A stretch of DNA of 64,000 bases from positions 1,565 through 65,564 of the IMG/VR virus record IMGVR_UViG_3300021959_000031; one strand, given 5' to 3'. A program made the position numbers and the translations under genes. Under the pieces are notes generated by a model. It had not been told where the DNA came from, did not search any database, and saw only the letters and a program-made list of their open reading frames with translations. This stretch comes from a virus. Its lineage: Duplodnaviria; Caudoviricetes. Shown here one piece after another: positions 38,663 to 48,029 of this stretch; position 1 is the first letter of the stretch; each line of letters begins with the position of its first letter.

Positions 38663-38974
38663 ATGGAAGAATACACAGTACAAGTATATGCTAAGGGTAA
38701 TAGGTCTTGGTATCAAGATGGTAAGTTTCACCGTCTAGATGGTCCTGCTATTGAACAGACTAATGGAAGTAAATTTTGGTATCAAAATGACAAGCGTCAT
38801 AGGTTAGATGGGCCTGCTGTTGAAGATGCTAATGGCTATAAGGCTTGGTTTATTGACGGTAAAGAGCTTACTGAAGAAGAGTTTAACAATCGTGACAAAG
38901 TAGAAGTAACTCTAGAGGATATCGCCGAAGCTATGAACATCGATGTTGACAAGCTTCGCATTAAGGAACACTAA
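38663..38974 (+). CDS. HRxDGPA-repeat protein 2 (2 repeats)
   Basis: ORF; repeat family. Confidence 0.88.
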   Translation: MEEYTVQVYAKGNRSWYQDGKFHRLDGPAIEQTNGSKFWYQNDKRHRLDGPAVEDANGYKAWFIDGKELTEEEFNNRDKVEVTLEDIAEAMNIDVDKLRIKEH

Positions 38975-38986
38975 TATAATAAAATT

Positions 38987-39517
38987 ATGGAAGAGTACAA
39001 AGTAAAGGTATATGCTAATGGTAATAGGGATTGGTATCAGAATGGCAAGCGTCATAGGTTAGATGGGCCTGCTTCTGAATATGCTAATGGAACAAAGTAT
39101 TGGTATCAGAATGGCAAGCGTCATAGGTTAGATGGGCCTGCTTCTGAATATGCTAATGGAACAAAGTATTGGTATCAAAATGACAAGCGTCATCGTCTAG
39201 ACGGGCCTGCAATTGAATCGTCTGATGGTAGTAAGGATTGGTATCAGAATGACAAGCGTCATAGGTTGGACGGCCCTGCAATTGAAGAAGCTAATGGTTA
39301 TAAGTCTTGGTGGCAAAATGGTATGCGCCATCGTCTAGACGGTCCTGCTTGTGAATATGCTGATGGTTATAAGGAATGGTATATTGACGGTGAACAACTT
39401 ACCGAAGAGGAGTTTAACAATAGAACTAGCAATGTAGAAGTAAATGAAGTAACTCTCGAAGATATCGCAAAAGCTATGAATATAGACGTTGATAAATTAC
39501 TCATTAAGGAACACTAA
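38987..39517 (+). CDS. HRxDGPA-repeat protein 3 (5 repeats)
   Basis: ORF; first two units are identical 69-bp copies. Confidence 0.88.
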   Translation: MEEYKVKVYANGNRDWYQNGKRHRLDGPASEYANGTKYWYQNGKRHRLDGPASEYANGTKYWYQNDKRHRLDGPAIESSDGSKDWYQNDKRHRLDGPAIEEANGYKSWWQNGMRHRLDGPACEYADGYKEWYIDGEQLTEEEFNNRTSNVEVNEVTLEDIAKAMNIDVDKLLIKEH

Positions 39518-39529
39518 TATAATAAAATT

Positions 39530-39910
39530 ATGGAAGAATACACAGTAAAGGTAAATGATAGTGGAGCAAAGTTTTGGTATCAAAATGATAAACTACATCG
39601 GTTAGATGGACCTGCTTCTGAATATGCTAGTGGTAGTAAGGCTTGGTATCAAAATGGTAAGCTTCATCGGTTAGATGGACCTGCAATTGAATGGTCTGAT
39701 GGTAGTAAGGTTTGGTATCAGAACAATAAGCGTCATCGCGAAGATGGACCTGCAATTGATGATGCTGATGGTTATAAGGAATGGTATATCGAAGGTAAAC
39801 GGCTTACCGAAGAGAAGTTTAACAATCGTAATAAAGTCGAAGTAACTCTAGAGGATATCGCCGAAGCTATGAATATAGACGTTGATAAGCTCCGCATTAA
39901 GGAACACTGA
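39530..39910 (+). CDS. HRxDGPA-repeat protein 4 (3 repeats)
   Basis: ORF; repeat family. Confidence 0.88.
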   Translation: MEEYTVKVNDSGAKFWYQNDKLHRLDGPASEYASGSKAWYQNGKLHRLDGPAIEWSDGSKVWYQNNKRHREDGPAIDDADGYKEWYIEGKRLTEEKFNNRNKVEVTLEDIAEAMNIDVDKLRIKEH

Positions 39911-39922
39911 TATAATAAAATT

Positions 39923-40243
39923 ATGCAAGAATACACAGTAAAGGTAAATCAATATGGCAACAAGTATTGGTATCAAAATGGTAAACTTCATAGGTTAGAT
40001 GGACCTGCTTGTGAATTTGCTAATGGTAACAAGTATTGGTGGAAAAACAATAAGCGTCATCGCGAAGATGGGCCTGCTGTTGAAGATGCTAATGGCTATA
40101 AGGCTTGGTTTATTGACGGTAAAGAGCTTAGTGAAGAAGAGTTTAATGATAGAACTAGCAATGTAGAAGTAACTCTAGAGGATATTGCTAAAGCCATGAA
40201 CATCGACGTTGATAAGCTAAGGGTTAAAGGAACACTAATATAA
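39923..40243 (+). CDS. HRxDGPA-repeat protein 5 (2 repeats; shifted C-terminus KGTLI)
   Basis: ORF; repeat family. Confidence 0.88.
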   Translation: MQEYTVKVNQYGNKYWYQNGKLHRLDGPACEFANGNKYWWKNNKRHREDGPAVEDANGYKAWFIDGKELSEEEFNDRTSNVEVTLEDIAKAMNIDVDKLRVKGTLI

Positions 40244-40250
40244 TTAGATC

Positions 40251-40346
40251 ATGGAGACAGTAATTGAAGAAGTTTTAGGATTCGTAATGGGGATAGTATT
40301 AATGGTTGGTATTATCTTTGTTATTGTCGAACTAATATGTGATTGA
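40251..40346 (+). CDS. 31-aa single-helix membrane peptide (not in ORF track)
   Basis: METVIEEVLGFVMGIVLMVGIIFVIVELICD; sits between array junction sequences. Confidence 0.5.
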   Translation: METVIEEVLGFVMGIVLMVGIIFVIVELICD

Positions 40347-40381
40347 TGGACAGGAAGTAGTAACACTAATATAATAATAGT

Positions 40382-40762
40382 ATGCAAGAATACACAGTAA
40401 AAGTATATCCTAATGGCGACAAGTATTGGTATCAGAATGACAAGCGTCATCGCGAAGATGGGCCTGCTATTGAATGGGCTAGTGGCTGTAAGGAATGGTA
40501 TCAGAATGACAAGCGTCATCGCGAAGATGGGCCTGCTATTGAATTTGCTAATGGCAACAAGCTTTGGTATCAAAATGGTAAACTACATCGCGAAGATGGG
40601 CCTGCGATTGAATATGCTAATGGCTATAAGGCTTGGTATATCGAAGGTAAAGAGCTTACCGAAGAAGAGTTCAATGCTCGCAATAAAGTCGAAGTAACTC
40701 TTGAGGATATCGCCGAAGCTATGAACATTGATGTAAAGAAACTACGCATTAAGGAAAACTAA
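40382..40762 (+). CDS. HRxDGPA-repeat protein 6 (3 repeats)
   Basis: ORF; repeat family. Confidence 0.88.
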   Translation: MQEYTVKVYPNGDKYWYQNDKRHREDGPAIEWASGCKEWYQNDKRHREDGPAIEFANGNKLWYQNGKLHREDGPAIEYANGYKAWYIEGKELTEEEFNARNKVEVTLEDIAEAMNIDVKKLRIKEN

Positions 40763-40774
40763 CATAATAAAATT

Positions 40775-41305
40775 ATGGAAGAATATAAAGTAAGAGTATA
40801 TGATAATGGTAATAAGCTTTGGTATCAGAATGGCAAGCGTCATAGGTTAGATGGGCCTGCAATTGATTGGGCTAATGACAATAAGTCTTGGTGGCAAAAT
40901 GGTAAGTGCCATCGGTTAGATGGTCCTGCCATTGAACGGGCTAATGGAGATAAGCTTTGGTATCAGAATGACAAGCGCCATCGGCTAGACGGGCCTGCTA
41001 TTGAACGGGCTGATGGATATAAGGCTTGGCTTCAAAATGACGAGTTTCATCGACTAGATGGGCCTGCTATGGAATATGCTAATGGAACTAAGTATTGGTA
41101 TCAAAATGGTAAGTGTCATCGCGAAGACGGGCCTGCAATTGAATGGTCTGATGGTGATAAGCATTGGTTTATCGAAGGTGAAAAACTTACTGAAGAAGAG
41201 TTTAACAATAGAACTAGCAATGTAGAAGTAAATGAAGTAACTCTGGAAGATATTGCAGAAGCAATGAACATTGATGTTGATAAGCTCCGCATTAAGGAAC
41301 ACTAA
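40775..41305 (+). CDS. HRxDGPA-repeat protein 7 (5 repeats)
   Basis: ORF; repeat family. Confidence 0.88.
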   Translation: MEEYKVRVYDNGNKLWYQNGKRHRLDGPAIDWANDNKSWWQNGKCHRLDGPAIERANGDKLWYQNDKRHRLDGPAIERADGYKAWLQNDEFHRLDGPAMEYANGTKYWYQNGKCHREDGPAIEWSDGDKHWFIEGEKLTEEEFNNRTSNVEVNEVTLEDIAEAMNIDVDKLRIKEH

Positions 41306-41317
41306 TATAGTAAGATT

Positions 41318-41659
41318 ATGAAAAAAAGCACAGAAGTGAAGATGGTGAAATGCCTTTCTCAAGATAACCTAAAATCTTACCTTTTCGGAAAAGCCCGCGA
41401 ATTTGCCAGCGAGTCTTACGAAAATGTTGATTGGGACAAAACAGAGCATGGTAATTTTGGTAAGTATTATTTTGAGGAGTTCTTAGAGTACATCGAAGAT
41501 GATAGACCAGAACAAATAAACTTGCTGATAGAAAAAGAGCTAGAATGTGAAATGTCACTATCAGAATGTGAAGATTTGGATGCATATGTAGATTCGATCA
41601 TAACTCAAGACGAATACCACATCAATAACATTGTTATTTTTAGAGATTTAATTTTTTAA
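41318..41659 (+). CDS. acidic hypothetical protein
   Basis: 113-aa ORF using the array spacer as its start context. Confidence 0.7.
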   Translation: MKKSTEVKMVKCLSQDNLKSYLFGKAREFASESYENVDWDKTEHGNFGKYYFEEFLEYIEDDRPEQINLLIEKELECEMSLSECEDLDAYVDSIITQDEYHINNIVIFRDLIF

Positions 41660-41663
41660 GAAC

Positions 41664-41810
41664 ATGAATGAATTAGAAGAAATTCTGGATAGTCTTAGAG
41701 ATTATTATAGTGATGAATACCAACTGGAAAGAGAGTTCGTTTTAGAGCTTGTTCAGATTGGTTATGATCCAGATCATGCAACATCAATAGCATTAGACTT
41801 GATAAAATAA
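41664..41810 (+). CDS. 48-aa acidic hypothetical protein (not in ORF track)
   Basis: MNELEEILDSLRDYYSDEYQLEREF...; fills the gap before the uvsX promoter. Confidence 0.55.
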   Translation: MNELEEILDSLRDYYSDEYQLEREFVLELVQIGYDPDHATSIALDLIK

Positions 41811-41824
41811 ACTCCAATTTTTAA

Positions 41825-41852
41825 TTGACAAAGATAAAAAATAATATATAAT
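41825..41852 (+). promoter_or_regulatory. sigma70-like promoter for uvsX
   Basis: TTGACA-16-TATAAT, 6 nt before ATG. Confidence 0.75.
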
Positions 41853-41858
41853 AAACAC

Positions 41859-42932
41859 ATGGCAATATTAGATAAACTAAAAAAGAATTGCAGGACTGCT
41901 CAAGCGGAAGTTCTGTCAGAAAGTAAGTTCTTTACTAGGGAAATGGTCCCGACATCAGTACCGATGATCAACGCAGCTCTTAGTGGTAAGTTAGATGGGG
42001 GTCTTTCTTCTGGACTAACTGTGTTAGCAGGACCCAGTAAGCACTTCAAAACATCATTCGCCTTATTAATGGCGAGTGCATATTTAAAGCATCATGAAGA
42101 CTCTGCTCTTCTTTTCTATGACAGTGAATTTGGATCTCCACAAGGATATTTCGAAAGTTTTGGGATAGACACATCAAGAGTTCTTCATACACCTGTCACT
42201 AATATCGAAGAGTTGAAATTCGACATCATTAATCAACTCAGTGAGTTGGATCGTAATGATAAGGTTATCATAGTGATCGATAGTATTGGTAACATTGCGA
42301 GCAAAAAGGAAGTCGAAGATGCAGAAAACATGAAGAGTGTTGCTGATATGACCCGCGCAAAAGCACTAAAAGGTTTGTTCAGAATGGTAACACCTTTCTT
42401 GTCAATGAAAGACATTCCTCTTCTGGCAATTAACCACACCTATCAAACACAAGAAATGTTCAGTAAAGCAGTTGTCAGTGGTGGCACAGGCGTAATGTAT
42501 TCTGCTGATAACGTTTGGATTATTGGTAGACAACAAGACAAAGTTGGAACAGAAATTCAAGGTTATCACTTCATTGTTAATATTGAAAAGTCACGTTTCG
42601 TTAAAGAGAAAAGTAAGATTCCAATTAGTGTTAGTTGGAGTGGTGGTATTGAGAAGTGGAGTGGATTACTTGAAGTTGCAATCGATGGTGGTTATGCACA
42701 CAAACCTAAGAATGGATGGTATAATGCTAAAGACCCAGAAACTGGTGATGATCTTCATGCATCTAACTGTCGAGCTAAAGACACACTGAATAAAGAGTTT
42801 TGGGCCCCAATCTTTGAGAAGACTGATTTTGCTGATTACGTTAAAAACAAATATACAATTGGCATGACTAAGATGTTAGTTGATGAAGATGAGGTAGAAA
42901 CTGAAGCTGTTGAGGAGGTGGAAAATGATTAA
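41859..42932 (+). CDS. uvsX: RecA-like recombinase UvsX
   Basis: LAGPSKHFKT, FYDSEFG, IDSIGN.ASKKE, DMTRAK, NHTY, SGGTG. Confidence 0.96.
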   Translation: MAILDKLKKNCRTAQAEVLSESKFFTREMVPTSVPMINAALSGKLDGGLSSGLTVLAGPSKHFKTSFALLMASAYLKHHEDSALLFYDSEFGSPQGYFESFGIDTSRVLHTPVTNIEELKFDIINQLSELDRNDKVIIVIDSIGNIASKKEVEDAENMKSVADMTRAKALKGLFRMVTPFLSMKDIPLLAINHTYQTQEMFSKAVVSGGTGVMYSADNVWIIGRQQDKVGTEIQGYHFIVNIEKSRFVKEKSKIPISVSWSGGIEKWSGLLEVAIDGGYAHKPKNGWYNAKDPETGDDLHASNCRAKDTLNKEFWAPIFEKTDFADYVKNKYTIGMTKMLVDEDEVETEAVEEVEND

Positions 42933-43233
42933 TGATTCAGATTACAAATTAATTGATGGTGTAAATGCAAAAACATATAGTGTTGAATGTTTGTTTGACA
43001 AATATAAAGGTATAGTGTATACTTACTCCACTGTTAAGATGAATGAAGAGGTAGTTGATGGTGAAAACATCTGCAGGCTATCATTCAACTATAAAGTAGA
43101 ATCTATACCAGAAAGTGTAGATGGTGACGCTCTTAAAGACGATGTAGATTTCCAAAACCATATTGGAGAAATACTCGCACATATAATTACAAATTACGAA
43201 TACCAAATTGGAAATAATGACGAAAACCCTTGA
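42925..43233 (+). CDS. conserved hypothetical protein (uvsX-gp41 interval)
   Basis: YKG.VY.Y..VK, LSFNY, FQNHIGEIL; occupies the gp40 position. Confidence 0.7.
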   Translation: MINDSDYKLIDGVNAKTYSVECLFDKYKGIVYTYSTVKMNEEVVDGENICRLSFNYKVESIPESVDGDALKDDVDFQNHIGEILAHIITNYEYQIGNNDENP

Positions 43234-44602
43234 AGAAGTTATACTTAGTAACTTAATATATAATGAAAACTTTTGCAGAAAAGCATTACCTCACATTAAA
43301 AGTGATTATTTCCAAGGTTCTGATAGATCAGTATATGAATTGATAACTTCTTTTATTGAGAAGTATAACAAGCTCCCCGATACTAAAGTATTAAGCATAG
43401 AGTTTCAGAAGTCAGATTTGGCTGGAAACCAAGATGCTAATGAGATACATTCTATAATCACTGGATTAGAAGATGAATCCACCGATAGTGATTGGTTAGT
43501 CGATACTACTGAAAAATGGTGCAAGGATCGCGCTTTGCATTTAGCTGTAATGGAGTGTATTACTATCATTGATGGTAAACATCAAGATAAAGCTGAAGGT
43601 GCAATGCCTGACATTCTTGACAAAGCACTAGGAGTCACATTCAATACAGAAGTTGGTCATGATTATATTGATCAATCTGATTCACGTTTTGATTTCTATC
43701 ACTTGGATGAGAAGAAAATGCCATTTGACCTTGAAATGCTGAACAAAATAACCAATGGTGGTGTTCCAAACAAAACTCTAAATTGCATTCTTGCTGGAAC
43801 AGGTGTGGGTAAAAGTTTAGCGATGTGTCACTTTGCTTCTAGCGCACTTGCACAAGGTAAGAACGTGTTGTATATAACATTAGAGATGGCTGAAAAGAGA
43901 ATCGCAGAAAGGATCGATGCGAATCTTATGGATGTAAGAATAGATCAACTAAAGAATCTAACTAAGGAAAAATTCGATAGTAAGATAGATGGTATATCTA
44001 AAAAAACACAAGGTAAATTAATTGTAAAAGAATATCCTACTGCTAGCGCACACTCTGGTCACTTTAGAGCTTTGCTAACTGAACTCAAGATGAAGAAGAA
44101 ATTCATGCCTGATGTTATTTACATCGATTATCTTAATATTTGTGCTAGTTCAAGAATTAAAGGATTGAGTGGTGGAGTCAATACATATAGTTTAATCAAG
44201 AGTATTGCTGAAGAACTTCGTGGATTAGCTGTTGAATTCGATGTTCCGATTTGGAGTGCAACACAGGTAACAAGAGGTGGATTTGACAATAGTGATATTG
44301 AGTTGACTGACACTAGTGAGAGTTTTGGATTACCCGCAACGTGTGACCTTATGATTGCTTTAATATCCAATGAGCAACTTGAGAATATGAATCAAGTTAT
44401 GGTTAAGCAACTTAAGAATCGATATAACGACATAACATCACTGAAGAGGTTTACATTAGGAATTGATAGATCTAAAATGAGGCTATATGATATTGATGAC
44501 CCGACTGATGGTCTAGTTTCATCAAATGACTCACCTCCTCAACAGAATACATTCGTTAATAGAGGTAGAACAACAGAGGGATTCAGCGACTTTAAAACTT
44601 GA
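43217..44602 (+). CDS. gp41: replicative DNA helicase
   Basis: LAGTGVGKSL.MCH, YITLEMAE, KEYPT, IDYLNIC, AEELRG, SATQ.TR, SESFGLPAT.D. Confidence 0.96.
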   Translation: MTKTLEEVILSNLIYNENFCRKALPHIKSDYFQGSDRSVYELITSFIEKYNKLPDTKVLSIEFQKSDLAGNQDANEIHSIITGLEDESTDSDWLVDTTEKWCKDRALHLAVMECITIIDGKHQDKAEGAMPDILDKALGVTFNTEVGHDYIDQSDSRFDFYHLDEKKMPFDLEMLNKITNGGVPNKTLNCILAGTGVGKSLAMCHFASSALAQGKNVLYITLEMAEKRIAERIDANLMDVRIDQLKNLTKEKFDSKIDGISKKTQGKLIVKEYPTASAHSGHFRALLTELKMKKKFMPDVIYIDYLNICASSRIKGLSGGVNTYSLIKSIAEELRGLAVEFDVPIWSATQVTRGGFDNSDIELTDTSESFGLPATCDLMIALISNEQLENMNQVMVKQLKNRYNDITSLKRFTLGIDRSKMRLYDIDDPTDGLVSSNDSPPQQNTFVNRGRTTEGFSDFKT

Positions 44603-44619
44603 TATATACCTTTGTATAT

Positions 44620-45177
44620 ATGAAGTTAAAAAAGAATCAAGGTATATATTTTCGAAAATCTGTTCAAGAACTTGTAGAGAATAAAATAGACCTACATTTT
44701 TCAAGAACAAAAAAAGTAGATGATTGTGGAGGTTACTTCTGCCCCGAAACTAAAAGCTTAAGAGTTGCTATTTGGAATAAGGATTGGTTCTCTATATTCA
44801 TTCACGAATATAATCATTTTAAGCAATGGTATGAGCAAACCGATCTTTGGAAGAGTGTAGAAGCTGTCGATTTTTTCAATGATTTCCCCGATAAGTATTC
44901 TTTGCCAACCCAACTTATGGAGCAGGAGTGCGATAAAATGGTTTATCGTGATATTGTTCGATTTGAACTGGAAGGTATGGATAACTACATATGTGAATCA
45001 AATGCATACCACGTTTCTTATGTGAATATGGTTGATGAGAAAAAGTTCCCAAGTCTAGCTCCTTTCAGATTCAAGGATATATTAAATCTGTGCCCCGAAG
45101 ATAGGTTCTTCGAAGCTTCTGAACTGAAAAAGCCCAGTAAAGAGTTATACGACTTAATAAGTGAAAAATGTTTCTAA
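44620..45177 (+). CDS. hypothetical protein with HExxH zinc-metallopeptidase motif
   Basis: CGGYF, IFIHEYNHFKQW, downstream EQECD. Confidence 0.65.
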   Translation: MKLKKNQGIYFRKSVQELVENKIDLHFSRTKKVDDCGGYFCPETKSLRVAIWNKDWFSIFIHEYNHFKQWYEQTDLWKSVEAVDFFNDFPDKYSLPTQLMEQECDKMVYRDIVRFELEGMDNYICESNAYHVSYVNMVDEKKFPSLAPFRFKDILNLCPEDRFFEASELKKPSKELYDLISEKCF

Positions 45178-45256
45178 CTTATCATTGTTAGTCGCTTCAT
45201 ATCAGTGACTAACATAGATATAAGTATAAATAGTTAATAAACTTATAAAGACAATA

Positions 45257-45625
45257 ATGAGTAAAAAATACTTAAGCTTTCAAGATTTCACACTATGTGA
45301 AGCAATAGCTACTGGCACACTTGATAAAGCATTGTCACTTATAAGTGGTTATCTAAAGAAAAACACAAGCCATAACTTCTCTCAAGTCGATGATAAATTC
45401 TCAGGACCCGATGAAACTGTCGGGACTAGAATGCTTTCAGATGATGGCATATCAATCCAACTAAATTGGAGTGAAACTAAAAACGAATCCAATGAACTTC
45501 ATAGTGTTGATGTTATGTTTGGTGAAGGAAAGAAAACTTTAAACCTTGAAAAGAGCCTAAGCTTAGTTAAAACACTACCAATTTTGGTTAATTTTATTAA
45601 TGGTAGCTATGATAGAAAACTCTAA
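45257..45625 (+). CDS. late hypothetical protein
   Basis: TATAAATA at 45225-45232; N-terminus YLSFQDFTLCE. Confidence 0.7.
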   Translation: MSKKYLSFQDFTLCEAIATGTLDKALSLISGYLKKNTSHNFSQVDDKFSGPDETVGTRMLSDDGISIQLNWSETKNESNELHSVDVMFGEGKKTLNLEKSLSLVKTLPILVNFINGSYDRKL

Positions 45626-45914
45626 ACTATTTAATTTTATGCGAAACGATACTAAAGATGATGATCAGTATTCCAAAGATGCTATGGATATGCTATCAAA
45701 CATTAAGAAAAGATTGGAAGATATTAAGAAGGAAAACAAAGATTCCAATTCTGTGATAACTTCTAAAGTTAGAAAAACTCCAAAGATCGTTATAGAGAAG
45801 AGAGCTGTGCTTCATGCAAGAAGATTTATAGCTGAGAAGAACCTGCCAATTTCCATTGAGTCAGATCTAGTATCAAGGCTAATTCCAATCATAGAAACAA
45901 TTGAAAACATCTAA
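45609..45914 (+). CDS. hypothetical protein
   Basis: ORF overlapping the previous stop. Confidence 0.6.
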   Translation: MIENSKLFNFMRNDTKDDDQYSKDAMDMLSNIKKRLEDIKKENKDSNSVITSKVRKTPKIVIEKRAVLHARRFIAEKNLPISIESDLVSRLIPIIETIENI

Positions 45915-45915
45915 A

Positions 45916-46689
45916 ATGAAATCTTTCAGGTCTTTTGTAGAGTCTAGGAAAAACCCAATCGTTATATCGACGGGTAATTTCAATCCACCAAGCAACAACT
46001 GCTTGAATATAATAGAGAGGGCTTCTGCATTGGCTGAAGGTGATAACTATAGAATATATTCATCAACTGAAAGTGATGAGGAGTTTCAACCTTTAGAGTA
46101 TAATCAAAAGATTGACTTTATGCGTAAAATGTTTAGTTCACATGGCAGGAATATTATAAGAGATGTCAATGTGAAGAATGCTCTTGAAGCTGTTAAAAAA
46201 GCACACTCTGATGGTTATAACAAGCTTACTTACATATCAGAAGATGATTCAGTCGATGCTTACAAGACTCTGTTCAAAGCACACAATGTAGAATCCCTTT
46301 TCGAGTTTGGTATTGAAGTTGTTGGTGTTAAATCAGAGATGATCAACGAATCCATGTTGGTAGAGAGTGTTAAAGAGAACGACTTGAAGACTTTTTCACG
46401 GGGAATACCAAAGACTTATGGAGATTCTATAAAGTTATTTAACGCTGTTCGGGTTGGTCTAGGCCTCGAAGAGTCACACAACTTCAGAACACATATTCAA
46501 ATCGCTGATAGCTGTGAGTTGAGGGATCTTTATATAACGAATAAGATATTCAATATACAAGATGAAGTTGAAAGCACTAAAGATGGAAAAATTTACAAGG
46601 TAAAGGAAAGGCATAGCAATTATGTCGTAGTAGAAAACGAAAACGAAAACAAAAAGTTCTTTATAAAAGACATAAAACCAATAAAATGA
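45916..46689 (+). CDS. degenerate cytidylyltransferase-like (HIGH-type) protein
   Basis: GNFNPP, PL.Y.QKI.FMRKMF..H, LFNAVR.GLGL, R..Y...IFN match the T4-like cytidylyltransferase family; HxGH residues replaced. Confidence 0.65.
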   Translation: MKSFRSFVESRKNPIVISTGNFNPPSNNCLNIIERASALAEGDNYRIYSSTESDEEFQPLEYNQKIDFMRKMFSSHGRNIIRDVNVKNALEAVKKAHSDGYNKLTYISEDDSVDAYKTLFKAHNVESLFEFGIEVVGVKSEMINESMLVESVKENDLKTFSRGIPKTYGDSIKLFNAVRVGLGLEESHNFRTHIQIADSCELRDLYITNKIFNIQDEVESTKDGKIYKVKERHSNYVVVENENENKKFFIKDIKPIK

Positions 46690-47042
46690 AAAGTTTAAAC
46701 GAAATAACAACATCATATGCTGTTAAACAGAACAGTGATGTGGAAATTGAAAAAATGATAGTCGAATCCAATGAAGTGTTGGATGAGCCCCAGTGCGATG
46801 TTACTTCAGTTCTTTCTGATATATGTGATGCTCTTGGATTGAGTGATGATCTGTATACGACTCTATCAAAAGTGGAAACTATCGATGAAGACTCTGCAAA
46901 ACTAATATCCGACTCTATCTCCAAGCTGAACGAGGCTTATCAAATGATAGATCGGAAATATGGCATAGTCGAATCCAAGACTAAAAACTCAAGTGCAATC
47001 ATAGATGCTGAAAATATCTTCCTAGAGGATATCGTTTCTTAA
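46686..47042 (+). CDS. acidic hypothetical protein
   Basis: 118-aa ORF, ATGA overlap. Confidence 0.65.
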   Translation: MKSLNEITTSYAVKQNSDVEIEKMIVESNEVLDEPQCDVTSVLSDICDALGLSDDLYTTLSKVETIDEDSAKLISDSISKLNEAYQMIDRKYGIVESKTKNSSAIIDAENIFLEDIVS

Positions 47043-47076
47043 GTTTCTCAACCTCCAATCTTATATATAATATAGC

Positions 47077-47445
47077 ATGATTGGTAATGATGAACTAAAC
47101 AAAGAAAATTTTGCTTTATATGCAGCTAAGAACTACACCAATAAGAGGGTATTGGATGTAGAAGAATTCTACGAAGATCTATCTAGCTTCAAGTATGTGC
47201 AGAAACTCTTTACTAGATACGAAAGAACAAATGAGATAAAAGAGAGATTGGTTCTTAACCATTTGATTAACATCTACAATGTTTTTAAGTTCAATTCTGC
47301 CACAAAAATGTTATTTTTTAAGTTGAACAGTAAACACCATCCAGCATTAAAAACCTTTTTGATTTACCTTAATTACATCAAGGTCGATGATTTTATAAAT
47401 ATCCACTGTGATTTGTATATCACTAAAAAACTTCAAAACATCTAA
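47077..47445 (+). CDS. conserved T4-like hypothetical protein
   Basis: ELN.ENF.LYAAKNY, EEFYEDL..FKY, ERLVLNH.I..YNVF, LKTFL.YLN. Confidence 0.8.
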   Translation: MIGNDELNKENFALYAAKNYTNKRVLDVEEFYEDLSSFKYVQKLFTRYERTNEIKERLVLNHLINIYNVFKFNSATKMLFFKLNSKHHPALKTFLIYLNYIKVDDFINIHCDLYITKKLQNI

Positions 47446-47447
47446 AC

Positions 47448-48029
47448 ATGGGACTATTAAGCAGAGCGGGAGATACATACTATGCACTGAGGTTTCTCAG
47501 ATTGCTAACAACTCCTTGGAAAAAAACCAATGCGTATAAAGCTGGAATAATTGGTGACAAGGGTCAGTTGCTTAAAAAGCCAGAGACTAGTGAGGAGAAG
47601 AGTGTTTATAACGTCTTCCATAAACTTGTATATAACTTGAAGAGGTTGCTGACTAAATTACCATTCGGTCAGAGTGTTATTGGTAGATATGCTTCTGCAT
47701 TATACTTGATCAAAGAGCATACTGGTTTATCTGATGAACTCATAGGAGAATGCCTGTATGAGTTATATGGTTTCAACCCAGCTAAAGAAGATTTAATCAC
47801 AGAATCCTTTTACACTAATCAAGATGATCAGCTATACTCTGGTGAATATAGTGTGAAAGATGGCTGTATATTTTTAAATGGTGACTACTTGAAATGCAAA
47901 GGTGACTCTGTATATTGTAATGAAGATACAACACCCGTTGGTGAAATATTCGGGATTCCAGTTTTCAAGTTAGTTCATTTAAAAACTAAGAATATTATAT
48001 ATACTACAACTCACGATATCGAAGCATGA
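47448..48029 (+). CDS. conserved T4-like late hypothetical protein
   Basis: DTYY.LRFLRLLTTPW.KT.AYK.GII; TATAAATA at 47394-47401. Confidence 0.8.
   Translation: MGLLSRAGDTYYALRFLRLLTTPWKKTNAYKAGIIGDKGQLLKKPETSEEKSVYNVFHKLVYNLKRLLTKLPFGQSVIGRYASALYLIKEHTGLSDELIGECLYELYGFNPAKEDLITESFYTNQDDQLYSGEYSVKDGCIFLNGDYLKCKGDSVYCNEDTTPVGEIFGIPVFKLVHLKTKNIIYTTTHDIEA

Larger units (their letters stand above)
38336..41305 (+). repeat. tandem array of seven paralogous genes built from a 69-bp (23-aa) repeat
   Basis: WYQNGK.HR(L/E)DGPA.E.ANG.K. unit present 2,2,5,3,2,3,5 times; near-constant N- and C-termini and 12-nt spacers. Confidence 0.95.

Noticed and set aside
38944-38980. TTGACA...TATAAT at the array gene junctions as a promoter per gene
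   Set aside because: Spacing is 23 nt rather than 16-18, and TTGACA is simply V-D-K codons that become TTGATA in other copies
38336-41305. Repeat array as a CRISPR array or diversity-generating retroelement target
   Set aside because: Repeats are in-frame coding units without unique spacers; no cas or reverse transcriptase gene, no non-coding template, and differences are not limited to adenine positions of one template
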